A stretch of DNA of 64,000 bases from Eledone cirrhosa (lineage: Eukaryota): NCBI GenBank assembly GCA_964016885.1, contig OZ024743.1, forward strand, positions 57,846,001-57,910,000, in the 5' to 3' direction. A program made the translations under genes and the position numbers. Of the stretch, positions 32,439 to 46,505 are shown piece by piece. Under the pieces are notes generated by a model. That model was not told the origin of the DNA. It saw only the letters and a program-made list of their open reading frames with translations, and made no database searches. Numbering within the stretch: the stretch's first letter is position 1; every line of letters begins with the position of its first letter.

Positions 32439-32606
32439 TTGCCCACACACGTATGTATATGTATATATACAGTAAAGAATACAATATAGTAATATTTATA
32501 TTCAAATATTCTGGCCGCCATTTTATCAGTCGTGAATAAAAGAATAATTGATGAGGTCGGACTGTAAACATTGAGTAATATAGATCCAGAGATTTAAGCC
32601 ATGACG

Positions 32607-32716
<110 letters not shown>

Positions 32717-33414
32717 TGTGTGCGTGTGTGTGTGTATATATGTGTGTGTGTGTGTATATATATAATATCCGTGTGTGTGTATATATAATTATATATATTA
32801 TATATTTTATATATATAATATAATACACACACACACACATATGTATATATATACAGATGTATGTATGTATTCACATATAAATATATGTACATGTGAATGT
32901 ATGCATGCATGTATGTATATAGGTATATATCTATGTGTGTATGTATTTATAAATGTATGTACGGATGCATGCATGTATGTATGTTTGTATGTAGCTACGA
33001 GTATACTCATTTACGTACATATATATATATATATGTGTGTGTATGTGTGCGTGTGTGTGTGTGTGCATATATGTACCTATGCATATATATGTGCATATAT
33101 GTACCTATGTATATATATATATATATGTGCATATGTATGTACCTATATATATTAAAACAAAGGAGTGGCTTCATAATTGCAATGCTTACAGCTGCACTAA
33201 GTCCAATGTGACCACTGCACGGAAGAGAAAGATAAAGGGCGAGGCATCTTTGTCAGGAAAACAACCCTAAAATTCCATCGAAGCATTCATTCCAGTGCAA
33301 GATACCTGCAGTGTGTTGTTACCGGAAGGCGTTCGAAATCTCGACGATCTTCAGGAGACAGCTGATGAGGGATGTCTTGCTAAGTAAACCGTTTAAACAC
33401 ACATACACACACTC

Positions 33415-33477
<63 letters not shown>

Positions 33478-33964
33478 TATACATATATAGATGTATATAT
33501 ATATATATATGTGTGTGTGTGTGGGCGGGTTTATATATAATATAGAGAAGAAAACACACGAGAGAGAGAGAGATAGGGGGGAGGGAGAGCGTGTTTCTGA
33601 CTACGTTACTTTATTTTGATATATATATATATATTTATTTATATTTGTGTGTGTATGTAAGTATATATATAATTGTATACATGAGCATTTTTTATAGAGC
33701 TATATCATAAATGTAGATATATAGTTTGGATAAACACCCAACATATCTCAAAAGGAAAGCACGCACAGAATTAGACATATATATATATTGACGGAAATAT
33801 ATATAATCGAGTAGAATATACACATACATATAGACACAAAATATAAAAATATTTCATAAATATATTTATTCACACACTCACCTTACTCTCTCCCCCTCTT
33901 TCTCTCTCTGTATCTGTCGCTTTCATACATTCACACGAATCTACATTACGTTTACAAATACACC

Positions 33965-34076
<112 letters not shown>

Positions 34077-34596
34077 TTGTGTATGTGTGTGTATATACAT
34101 ACATACATATGCATTCATAGATAAATATATATGTATATGTATATATAATACTTATTGCTTCTGGTATTGAAAACTAGTTTATACACATCGTAATGTATGC
34201 ATACAAAATTATTGATTGATGTGAAAAAACTAACAGTATACAGTATACAATACTATCATATATTATAGATAGTGAGATCTGTTGTTCTGGAACGTATTGT
34301 GAGTAGTGAAACATCTCATGAAAAAGTCATCTCCAAACATCTTCAAAGGAAATAACGTTTTTATTAAATTTATATTTTATAATTTTTTGTTAGAGGTGCT
34401 TCGCATTATAAATTTGGTGTAGAGTTTTTGTTATAAGGCTTCATGGTGAGAGCATGGTAACAATTATTACGGAGTGGAGGCTTATAAAATGTAGACTTTT
34501 AGTGAATATATATATATATACACACATACACACACAAATGTATACATACATATATATATATTTATTAAAATAACAGATTAAAGTTTAAGCAAAGAA

Positions 34597-34630
34597 TCGC
34601 TGCTTTCACCCTTAACGGGATCTTCTGAAA
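34597..34630 (-). ncRNA. Degenerate hammerhead candidate
   Basis: CAGAAGA-T-CCC(GTTAA)GGG-T-GAAA-GCAGC in a 100-bp island between TA runs. Helix I not evident. Confidence 0.35.
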
Positions 34631-34658
34631 CTAACAAAGTCAATCTGTAAACGCATAT

Positions 34659-34689
<31 letters not shown>

Positions 34690-34792
34690 CACTATAAGGA
34701 AGCAAGGATTCAGTGTGCATGTGTGTGCATGTGCATATATATATATATTATATATGCACATGCATACATACATACACATACATACACACGCA

Positions 34793-34862
<70 letters not shown>

Positions 34863-34894
34863 TGCACATACCAAAACTAATTTATATATTTATG

Positions 34895-34934
<40 letters not shown>

Positions 34935-34983
34935 CATTAAATATATAAATTTGTTTTGGCATGTGCATATATGTATATATATA

Positions 34984-35019
<36 letters not shown>

Positions 35020-35278
35020 ATATAATAAACAATACAATATAATTACCCATTACCAGAGGTTTCCCGAATAAGACGAATACAAGAAACGTCCTCATTCGTT
35101 TGTCAGACAAGGCAATTTAAAACTATTATTATACATAAAATTTAGCTCTGTAACTTACATAGAGCACTCTTCACTCCTGACTTTTTCAATTTTCAACGGA
35201 AACTTCAATACTTATATATATATATAATGGAAAAATTTGAACAGGGACAAAACAGAGAGGCAGTACAACGAATGTTTA

Positions 35279-36612
<1,334 letters not shown>

Positions 36613-36638
36613 TATTTATATATATATATATATATATA

Positions 36639-36717
36639 CAGGGTGTCCCCAAAACAAGTATGCACACTTTGATTATAATGCTATTGAAGTGTGTATACAT
36701 TTTTGGGTGACACCCTG
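36639..36717. mobile_element. 79-bp Tc1/mariner MITE
   Basis: TA-CAGGGTGTCCCCAAAA...TTTTGGGTGACACCCTG with TIRs of about 30 bp. Confidence 0.75.
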
Positions 36718-36721
36718 TGTA

Positions 36722-36935
36722 TATATTTCTATGGAGTGAGGATATACAATGTAAATTTAGACTGAAGCTATTGTATTTCAGTGGAGTTGATGCATACAAA
36801 GTATATTTGAAATGAAGGTATTGTGTTTCTGTGGAATGGAAATATGTATTATAGATTTAGAACTGCATATTCATGTGGTGTCGAAGTGCACGATGTAGAA
36901 TTTGAATGGCGGGGTATATTTCTCAGGAATGGATC
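36722..36935. repeat. Degenerate tandem repeat, unit about 50 bp
   Basis: Recurrent TATTTC.(A/G)TGGA(G/A)T...TAC(A)ATGTA.ATTT. Confidence 0.5.
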
Positions 36936-37014
36936 TATTTTATTTGATAGTGAATGTGGAGCATCACAATAAATATCATTGTGTTACCCTCCTTTAAATT
37001 ATTGAATGGTAATG

Positions 37015-37540
37015 AATCTTGGGTAATGACAGAAACAATACAATCGCGAATACAAGCGGCCGAAATGGGATTCCTCCGAAGGGTCTTTAGAGTAACGTTA
37101 CTCAAATGAGTGCGTAGCTCGAAGATCAGAGAGTCATTTCAGGTAGAGTCACTACTTCTCCGAATCGAGAGATCACAGCTCCGATATTATGTGCTTGTGG
37201 TTAGAATGTCTTGGAAAAGAATCGCAGGAAATATTTTAAGATCAAAATCAACCGGCAGGTGACCGAGGGCTATATCCCGAGTAAAATTGTTGGATAACAT
37301 ATAAGAGCTTAGCTGTTCTCGCTTGGGAGTCCAGCCCGATCAGTTGGAGAGGGTTGCTTCTGACAGGACCCGCTAGTAGAAGAGTTTGAGGACTCTGACT
37401 CCACCGCCGTCTCAGGAATAAGTGGGTGGAGAAGAAGAAGAAGAAGAAGAAGAAGAAGAAGAAGAAGAAGAAGAAGAAGAAGAAGAAGAAGAAGAAGAAG
37501 AAGAAGAAGAAGAAGAAGAAGAAGAAGAAGAAGAAGAAGA
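37015..37540 (+). mobile_element. RTE-clade LINE 3' end with (GAA)n tail
   Basis: ESWVMTETIQSRIQAAEMGFLRRVFRVTLL..RSSKIRESFQVESLLLRIERSQLRYYV. Confidence 0.8.
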
Positions 37541-37659
37541 TATAAAGTGGTGGGCGAATATTTGTAAAAGAGTGGAGAGTTTGGTTTTTTAAATAGAATG
37601 GGAGAGATTATTTGTGAAAGAGAAGAGAGTTTATTTTTTTAAAGGAAAAATCTATTTGG

Positions 37660-38160
37660 CTTTAATGTGGGTGTCTGTCGCTTCGGCTACAAACTCGCAA
37701 CGCATAGGAGAGGATGATAGTCAAATACCGAGGTCTGGTCTACCGCTTCCTCTTTGTACTGGTCTCCGTTGAGACCTATGGCGTCCTTCGTCCCCGAACT
37801 GCTGATTTACTCCGTAAAGTCGGAAAGACGCAAGCCCGCTTGAAGTGGTAGCCCAGTGTGCTCGGGTGGCTGCTACGGTGGGTGTCTCTAGTCATTCTCC
37901 ACGGTAACAACACTGCTGTTTTGACGGCCAGGCATGGCCTCTTTCTCTCCTTTTCTTTTTCCACTCGATCCTTCTTTCTTTTTCTCTTTTTCTCTTTTTC
38001 TCTTTTTCATTTTCTTTTTTTCTTCCTTTTCTGTTCCCTTTTGTAGTGTGTTTTGTTTTTATTAGATACTGTTAAATTATTATTATATAATACCAATGGC
38101 CTTTCATCATATTGTGAGATTTTGTATATTGAATAAATGATTAAGATATTTAAAAAAAAA
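37660..38160 (+). mobile_element. CRE-like 3' fragment with UTR and A-tail
   Basis: KYRGLVYRFLFVLVSVETYGVL...LGWLLRWVSLVILHGN; AATAAA at about 38132 and an A-run at 38152-38160. Confidence 0.65.
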
Positions 38161-38389
38161 TAGAAAGTCTATTTGTGGCAGCTCGTTAGATTAAATGAGG
38201 TTGGGTCATTGGGGAATTTCTTTGTTGTGGGATGTTGTAGGAGTGTGTGTGTGTATGTGTGTTTTTGTTGATGGTGGTGCATTGTGGTCGGGTTTAAATA
38301 GGTATGTAATGGGTGTGATGAATATGGTGGTGGCGGGATGTGTATGTACAGGTTTACGAATAATTGCGTCTGATAGTTAAATGAGAAAG

Positions 38390-39430
38390 AAAAGATTCCA
38401 GACAAACCTGTTGACAAATGACACATTAAACAAATGATAGATGCGACAAAGCAGACACTCCTATTAACTGACTTGGAAAATGAGAGATACAGTATTTCGG
38501 ACTCGCTTCTTGAAAGGAATGGACAATGGTCAAATGTGTGATGGAATATTATGAACGTTTCTATTGATGAACTAAATGTAAAAGGTAAAATAGAATTCTC
38601 CAGACACGCTAATTGATATACGTGAACAATGGACAAATGTGGGCTACGGTTGTAGCATTTATACTTGTTGACAGGCATAGACAATGTTGAAAGGAGAGAT
38701 GTGACACTGTGGACACAAATATTGTCACACACGATTGTCAAAGGAGAGGGTGAATATTCCGAGGCAAAATATTGATAAGGACATTGTCAATCGTCAAAAT
38801 GATAGAAAGAATACACTAGACCAGTCATGGGCAACCTGTTGCCCACGAAGCTTTCTAAATGGCTCGCCTAAGTCACCTAAGTGAAATCTTTCTGATTTTT
38901 TACCCCAACTTTTCAGTCGTAATTTAACTTTCTATTATTTTTACGATCGAGGAAAACAATGTGTACGAATTCTGAAGAAACAAATCAAAACAACTTGAAT
39001 TACCACCCTTTTTTTTAAATCTGGGCCGAATGTAAATTAGCGCCTGATGATGAGCCATATATCATGCGGCCCGCTTCTCGAAAATGGTTGCCAATGCGTA
39101 AACTAGACGTATCTATTGACAAGAGGCACAGTCAAATGTGAGATGGAACATCGCAGATGCACTTGTTGATAGGCATGGAGGATGGTCAAAATGAAACAGA
39201 ATATTAATGGATAAATGAGAGATAGAATTCTTCGGACACAAATTTTACAGAGACAATGATCAACGGAGAGTTAGGATACTAAAGACACACCTATCAACAG
39301 GTGTGGGCAATGACCAACGTGAGAAATAGACCTCTATAGAAATAGACATCAGTAGACACTATTGACAGATTGACTGGCGAAGAGATAAATGACTTCGGAC
39401 ACATATATCTATAATGACATTTGACACATC
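38390..39430. repeat. Degenerate minisatellite (unit about 53 bp) interrupted by a hAT MITE
   Basis: Recurrent GACAATGGTCAAA(T/G)G.GA.ATGGAATATT..GACAC..CT.TTGACA. Confidence 0.6.
38822..39100. mobile_element. hAT (Charlie-like) MITE
   Basis: TIRs CAGTCATGGGCAACC / GGTTGCCAATGCGTA; 8-bp TSD CACTAGAC / AACTAGAC. Confidence 0.7.
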
Positions 39431-40879
39431 ATCTAACTAGGAAAAAGACTTAATTCACCGGGGGATATAAGCCTGATTTGTACACTAACGATGTGGCACA
39501 TTTCCTACAAAATAATAATAATAATAAATAAATAAATAAATATTAAATAAATAAAAAGTAAAAAAATAACCGATTTATTCAAGTAACAAAATGAAATATA
39601 TAACCACAGACTAATCACATAGGGACAGATTATTCTAAACTATAAATTACAAAATAAATTGTGCGGGGGAAAAATAAAAACGATACGAAAATAAAAACGC
39701 TGCAATCTGTTAGTGCTGCCTTGCACTACTTCACTGAACACTCCATAAATAATAAATTACAGACCACATATATATTAATTAAAGTATAGATTAAAGTTTC
39801 CAAGCCTAATTAAACAAGACTAAGGCTAATTCGCCGATGGACTGGACTGTGGTAGATTGAGAGGAAATCATAATAAAAAGAGCGAATATATATATATATT
39901 TCTTAGAAGGAACAAAAATTGATTAGTGGCTGAGAGGTTTATTGGTATATAATAACTGTCGTCTGCTGGTACTGGAAATATTTCAGATTCTTCTTTTTTT
40001 TTTTTTTTTTGTAGAATACATGATCTGTGTGTGTGTATATATATATATATAGATATATATATATATATATATGTACATGATGTAGATTATATTTACACAG
40101 TAACACCGTGAGAACACCTAGACGCGTGTAAATGTGAGATTATGTGTACATCACTTTCATCATGTGCCTTCCATTATATATGTGTGTTTGTGCACGTATA
40201 TGTGTATGAGCTATTTAAATAGCCACTACTTGTTCGCTAGACTTGCTAGAAATAACAACCAAATCTCACAAATCTCTTACTGTCTTAGATATTACAAAGG
40301 TAGGTTAGATATAGAAGTTTCTTAGATTACTTTGAGTCAGGACGGGAGCTACTACATAGTCATTAGACCGACTAAAAATAGCAGTCAAATCCCCGTCAAA
40401 GACTTCGCAAGTACATGTTAGATAAAGAAGTCTCTTATATTATCTTGAGTCGTTGAGTCATTAAGGGACTAACTACGTTTTCTCTAGACGTGGTAACAAT
40501 AGCAATCGCATCTCTCTCAAGTAAGTACCTATCGTTCCAATATACCAAAGATGAAGGCATTCCTTGACATTTGCGAAAACATGTGAGATAATCACGGGTA
40601 AATCGAAAAGTGTATTTTGTTATCTGTTATACATAAACATATTATGTCAACTATATTTTACAAAAGGAAGTTATACAAACATGAAAATATAAAAATAAAA
40701 GATAAAAACAAAATTAAGTCATGAAAAAAAAGAGGGGGTAAGTGTAAAGAAGGGCCGATCTGGCTGTATAGGAAAATAGAGGAAAGGATTATAAATGCTA
40801 TAAATTAGAGGAAAGGGAGGGAAAAACAAGGATTTTTAAGCCACCAAAAAAAGAGAGGGAGAAGGTGACAGGCTCTATG

Positions 40880-41095
40880 CCTAGGGTCGTGTTTCGGCTG
40901 CGTCGCATGGACAAAACCGTAAAGGCATTTACGCAGACAATGGCCAGTGACACCGGTTGCAACAGCCACCCCACCTCACGGGGCTTCTTCCTCAGATAGG
41001 TTGCTGACATTCCGATTTTACGAAGGAGCTGGACAATACGGTGTCCAAGGACGCCTGAGGTCTCGACGGCGATCGGTGCGTCAGGACAAGGTAGA
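40880..41095 (-). mobile_element. CRE-like RLE C-terminal fragment
   Basis: PIAVETSGVLGHR...EVGWLLQPVSLAIVCVNAF. Confidence 0.7.
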
Positions 41096-41846
41096 ATAGC
41101 ATTTGACCAATAGACCTGTTTTCGATTACGCTTGACGAGTGTGATATACAATAAAAATGACAAAATCGATGGATCTCCGTCGATTTCAACGATGATTGTT
41201 CCACTTGGTCGATCAATGAAACTACCTGTTCATGAATTTAATGTGTAAGGGGCTGAGTACTCAACAAATACGTATACACATAACGTAATTTTCTGGGGGA
41301 TTCAGCGTGACAAGGTTGGCCCAGTGATACGCAGATCATCAGGCGGGCTTCCATATATTTCCCGTCTATCCGATTTAACTCACAAAGTATATCTCAGTGT
41401 GGAGCTAGCGTAAATTGTACTTGACCAAGATTCCAGGCAGTAGAATCGAACCCGGGATTTTATGATGACAAAACAAACCTCCTAACCATTCGGCCATGAT
41501 GCGTCCACATCACCAGTAGCAGCAGCAACAACAACAAGAGTAGCAGCAGCAAAAACAGCAACGCCTTCAACCTTCAGATCAACTATAGTAGTAACAGCAA
41601 CAGCAGAGCAGCAGCAACAACAGAAGCAGCAGCATAAACCACAACAACAGCAACTTTACTTGTCAGATAGGATCAAGAAAGGTCATCACCTCTGACCTTC
41701 CGCTTCAGAATTTTATAAGAGAAAGAAAGAGACCCAAATTTATTTCATGACTAAACAGATTATCTTACATACACACACATATACAAACACACACACACGC
41801 GCGCGCGCACACATGTATGTATTACGTATTATGTATGTATGTATGC

Positions 41847-41917
<71 letters not shown>

Positions 41918-42007
41918 CATACACACACACATACACACACACACGCGCGCCTACACACATACAAACACACACATATTATGTAAGTATGTATTATGTATGT
42001 ATATATA

Positions 42008-42061
<54 letters not shown>

Positions 42062-42065
<4 letters not shown>

Positions 42066-42198
42066 AAAAAGTATGAAAAACTGCTTGAACTCTGCCGTCG
42101 GGGTCATACGTTTTCCTATTTCCCACTCTACTACCCTAAGTATTGAGTACTCAGGTGCGTTATGGTCCATCTGGTTCCTTACCACAATTCCTTTGTTA
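42062..42198 (+). mobile_element. Family C element, second copy, flanked by (TA)n
   Basis: Reverse complement of 10357-10475. Confidence 0.8.
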
Positions 42199-42224
42199 TA
42201 TATATATATATATATATATATATA

Positions 42225-42422
42225 GGTAAGTTATTCCAGGTTGAATCGGAGGTAACCACAGTAAGTAAGGTATTCAATACATAGCAGAGTATAAAAGTTT
42301 TAATATAGATGAGATTCGACAGGACTAGAACTGTTTCATTCTATAGAAATGATCAGGAATCTCCTGATTCCTGAATATTTCTAAAGAATGAAACAGTTCT
42401 AGTCCTGTAGAATCTCATCTAT
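42225..42422. mobile_element. Family D fold-back with two back-to-back hammerheads
   Basis: Arms 42305-42361/42366-42422. HHR 42312-42362 (-, GUC) and 42366-42414 (+, GUA). Confidence 0.8.
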
Positions 42423-42434
42423 CTATCTATCTAT

Positions 42435-42508
<74 letters not shown>

Positions 42509-42537
42509 CGTTTCTGAATTTGTAACAAAAGTGTAAC

Positions 42538-42568
<31 letters not shown>

Positions 42569-42690
42569 GAGGTGAGTTTTATTGTAGTACAATAAAGCAA
42601 TGCAGATATCGGATAAGAAGCACTCTACAGTTTGTAGGACTGGAGTATACATAATATAAGATCAAAAGATGGTTAAAGGAGTTCCATGTA

Positions 42691-42757
42691 TTTTATTATG
42701 CGCATTTCAAAAACAAACATCATCATGCAATAATATTTGTGTTTTCATCAGATAAAA
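42691..42757 (-). ncRNA. Type I hammerhead with long helix II (family G, PLE-linked)
   Basis: TTTTAT-CTGATGA-[AAACACAAATATTATTGCATGATGATGTTTGTTTTT]-GAAA-TGCGCA-TA-ATAAAA with palindromic ATGCGCAT helix III. Mirror copy at 45053-45115 has a helix I deletion. Confidence 0.8.
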
Positions 42758-43720
42758 CAGGAGAACATGATATGAAGGCTAAAAAACACTTGTGGATAGT
42801 GCAGTTTTAAATCAACATATGAAAAGTGGTTTTAGATTGATGTGTGATATTGGGAAAAATATTTTATTTAGAGAGGGGGGGGGGAAGGATGAAAAAGGGG
42901 AGGAGATGAGAGGGAGAGATGGGTGATAGAGAGAAAGAGATAGTTTTTATAACTGAGAGGAGATATATTGTTTTACATAGAGAGGTTGAAAACCGTTGGA
43001 AGATAATGTATAGATTAAAAGAATTTGAAAATTAACGAGGAAAAAATATTTTATTTAGGGGGGGGTGAAAAAAGGGGGAGGAGATGAGAGTGAAGGTGGA
43101 GAGGGAGAGATGGGTGATAGAGAGAAAGAGATAGTTTTTATAACTGAGAAAAAGATATATTGTTTTACATAGAGAGGTTGAGAACCGTTGGAAGATAATG
43201 TATAAATTAAAGGAATTTGAAAATTAACGAAGGGAATTTATGTATGAAGATAGAGAGAAAAAAAATAATAATTGTGGATGAATATTCTAACGTCAAAAAA
43301 AGTGTATGTTAATAAGTATTGTGGCAATTTCAAAATTAACGAAGAGAAAAATGATTAAAGTTTGTGTGTAGAAGGATTTGAGAAAAGTAATGTGAAGTTA
43401 AAGTTTGTATATTGAAGGAATTGATAATATATACGAATAAAGAGTTAATATGTATTAAGAATGAGTTCGTTGATGGGGAGAAAAAAATAATAAATTAAGG
43501 ATGAAATTGAGATTAAAAAGATTTATGATAGAGAGAAAAAATAATAATGATTGCGGATGAATATTCTAACGTCAAAAAAACAAATGTATATGTTATGAAG
43601 GATTTTACAAGGTGAAGATAGAATGAGGGTAATGAGTAAACAAGTATTATAGAGTGTATAATGCCCTTTAAAGTAAGGTGGGAAGATGGGTATATTTTAA
43701 AGAGGTGTATGTATATGTGC

Positions 43721-44038
43721 TCCACTTCCACCTCTTTTAAAGCTCGTCTCTATAATCATCATTCATCTTTCAAATACAAACTTAAAAGAACCAACACTGC
43801 TCTCTCAGAACTCATATGGTCCTTAAAAGACAAAAACATTAAATATACCATCTTTTGGAAGAAGGTTTCTTCTGCATCCTCATACTTGAACAGCTCTCTA
43901 TCTAAAATCTGTAATCTCTGCCTAAATGAAACATTTACCATTATCTCTAACCTAGATTCTATAATAAATAGACGTACAGATTTGTTTTCTATCTGCCTGC
44001 ATAAATTCCATAGGACTTTTCACAAAGTATACAGTTAA
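43721..44038 (+). pseudogene. C-terminal GIY-YIG endonuclease fragment of a Penelope-like element
   Basis: T.FKARL.NH.SSF...T.LS..IW.LK....I.W...CNLCL.E...IN.R...C.H pattern. Confidence 0.8.
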
Positions 44039-45147
44039 TATTCAATTCTTTATCAATTTAGAATCTTTTCTCAAAGGCACATATACATACACCTCTTTAA
44101 AATATACCCATCTTCCCACCTTACTTTAAAGGGCATTATACACTCTATAATACTTGTTTACTCATTACCCTCATTCTATCTTCACCTTGTAAAATCCTTC
44201 ATAACATATACATTTGTTTTTTTGACGTTAGAATATTCATCCGCAATCATTATTATTTTTTCTCTCTATCATAAATCTTTTTAATCTCAATTTCATCCTT
44301 AATTTATTATTTTTTTCTCCCCATCAACGAACTCATTCTTAATACATATTAACTCTTTATTCGCATATATTATCAATTCCTTCAATATACAAACTTTAAC
44401 TTCACATTACTTTTCTCAAATCCTTCTACACACAAACCTTAATAATTTTTCTCTTCGTTAATTTTGAAATTGCCACAATACTTATTAACATACACTTTTT
44501 TTGAAGTTAGAATATTCATCCACAATTATTATTTTTTTTTTCTCTCTATCTTCATACATAAATTCCCTTCGTTAATTTTCAAATTCCTTTAATTTATACA
44601 TTATCTTCCAACGGTTCTCAACCTCTCTATGTAAAACAATATATCTTTTTCTCAGTTATAAAAACTATCTCTTTCTCTCTATCACCCATCTCTCCCTCTC
44701 CACCTTCACCCTCATCTCCTCCCCCTTTCTTCATCCTTTCCACCCCCCCTCCCTAAATAAAATATTTTTTCCTCGTTAATTTTCAAATTCTTTTAATTTA
44801 TTCATTATCTTCCAACGGTTTTCAACCTCTCTATGTAAAACAATATATCTCCTCTCAGTTATAAAAACTATCTCTTTCTCTCTATCACCCATCTCTCCCT
44901 CTCATCTCCTCCCCTTTTTCATCCTTTCCAACCCCCCCCTCTCTAAATAAAATATTTTTCCCAATATCACACATCAATCTAAAACCACTTTTCATATGTT
45001 GATTTAAAACTGCACTATCCACAAGTGTTTTTTAGCCTTCATATCATATCATATCTGATGAAAACACAAATATTATTGCATGATGATGTTTGTTTTTGAA
45101 ATGCGCATAATAAAATACATGGAACTCCTTTAACCATCTTTTGATCT

Positions 45148-45207
<60 letters not shown>

Positions 45208-45383
45208 GTGAGGTCTTTTTAATTTTTTTTTTTACAAAATGAAAAATAACCGAGGTGTCCTACACGAGGGAAAGTATAAAGAAAAAAAGATGAAATCGAA
45301 AATATGAAAGACGTAAAATAAGAAAATTATAATAATTAACTTACTTACTTAAGTTTCACTCCAACTAATTAGTTTCTGAAGGA

Positions 45384-45410
<27 letters not shown>

Positions 45411-45417
<7 letters not shown>

Positions 45418-45601
45418 AAAAAAAGATGAAATCGAAAATGCAACTGGAGTCTTATTTTAAAAAAGCACAAACCCTCCATCTCAACTCTACTTTTGAAAAG
45501 CAGAAGAACTGCGAAACCGGTAAAGGAACCAAATAAATATATATATATTTTTTTAAATAAGACTCGAGTTGCATTTTCGATTTCATCTTTTTTTCTTTAT
45601 A
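45411..45601 (+). mobile_element. Fold-back element with a U3-A8 hammerhead (family H)
   Basis: Arms 45411-45464/45548-45601. CTT-TTGAAAA-GCAG(AAGAA)CTGC-GAAA-CCGG-TA-AAG at 45490-45525. Confidence 0.7.
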
Positions 45602-45618
45602 TATATATATATATATAT

Positions 45619-46201
45619 ATATTGTTATACTTTGGGAGGGTCATGTTGCCAATAAGAAACACACGCACCAGACGCTTTCACTTCAATTTATTATAATAAA
45701 TTTATAAATTTCCGGTTGGTTGGTTCCACAACCAGATGGTTGTTTATATATTGTCAAAGTTCTTTCGTCACACATTCTGTGACCTCTTCAGTGACTGGGG
45801 ATTCTTTTCTTTGTTTTTTGTGCCTCTCCTTTGTTCTGTCCTACGCCATCTTGTTTTTGTGTGTGTCACACAAAAACACTCACAAAAACAAGATGGCGTA
45901 GGACAGAACAAAGGAGAGGCACAAAAAACAAAGAAAAGAATCCCCAGTCACTGAAGAGGTCACAGAATGTGTGACGAAAGAACTTTGACAACATATAAAC
46001 AACCATCTGGTTGTGGAACCAACCAACCCACCGGAAATTTATAAATTCCTAAATTTATAAATTTATTATAATAAATTGAATTGAAAGCAACTGGTGCGTA
46101 TGTTTCTTATTGGCAACATGACCCTCCCAAAGTATAACAATATCGGTTTCAACACACGTTTTCAGATAAAGAATCTTGCTAAATAAATTCAGAAACGAAA
46201 T
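45619..46201 (+). mobile_element. Fold-back element with 240-bp arms and a hammerhead in each arm (family I)
   Basis: Arms 45621-45861/45881-46141. GTCA-CTGAAGA-G-GTCAC(AGAATGT)GTGAC-GAAA-GAAC-TT-TGAC at 45947-45989, mirrored at 45753-45795. Confidence 0.8.
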
Positions 46202-46398
46202 ATATATATATATATATCCCCTTCAGAAACTAATTAGTTGGAGTGAAACTTAAGTAAGTTAATTATTATAATTTTCTTATTTTACGTCTTTCACATAATT
46301 GTTCTACATTTTTGTATTGAACCACAAAGTTACTAAGACAAAACCTATATCTTGCTAGCATAAGTATACTTCTGTATAAATATGTTGGTAGATATACT

Positions 46399-46505
<107 letters not shown>

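Larger units (their letters stand above)
42566..45155 (+). mobile_element. 5'-truncated Penelope-like element with an inverted 1.07-kb copy of its 3' region
   Basis: Arms about 42651-43720 / 44077-45153 enclose a GIY-YIG fragment. One HHR in each arm; (TA)n on both sides. Confidence 0.85.

Noticed and set aside
32556-32590. TTGATGAGGTCGGACTGTAAAC hammerhead-like motif
   Set aside because: Multiple core deviations and a single copy.
43661-43720. N-terminus of the 125-aa ORF
   Set aside because: Derived from the inverted arm; real PLE coding sequence starts at the junction at 43721.
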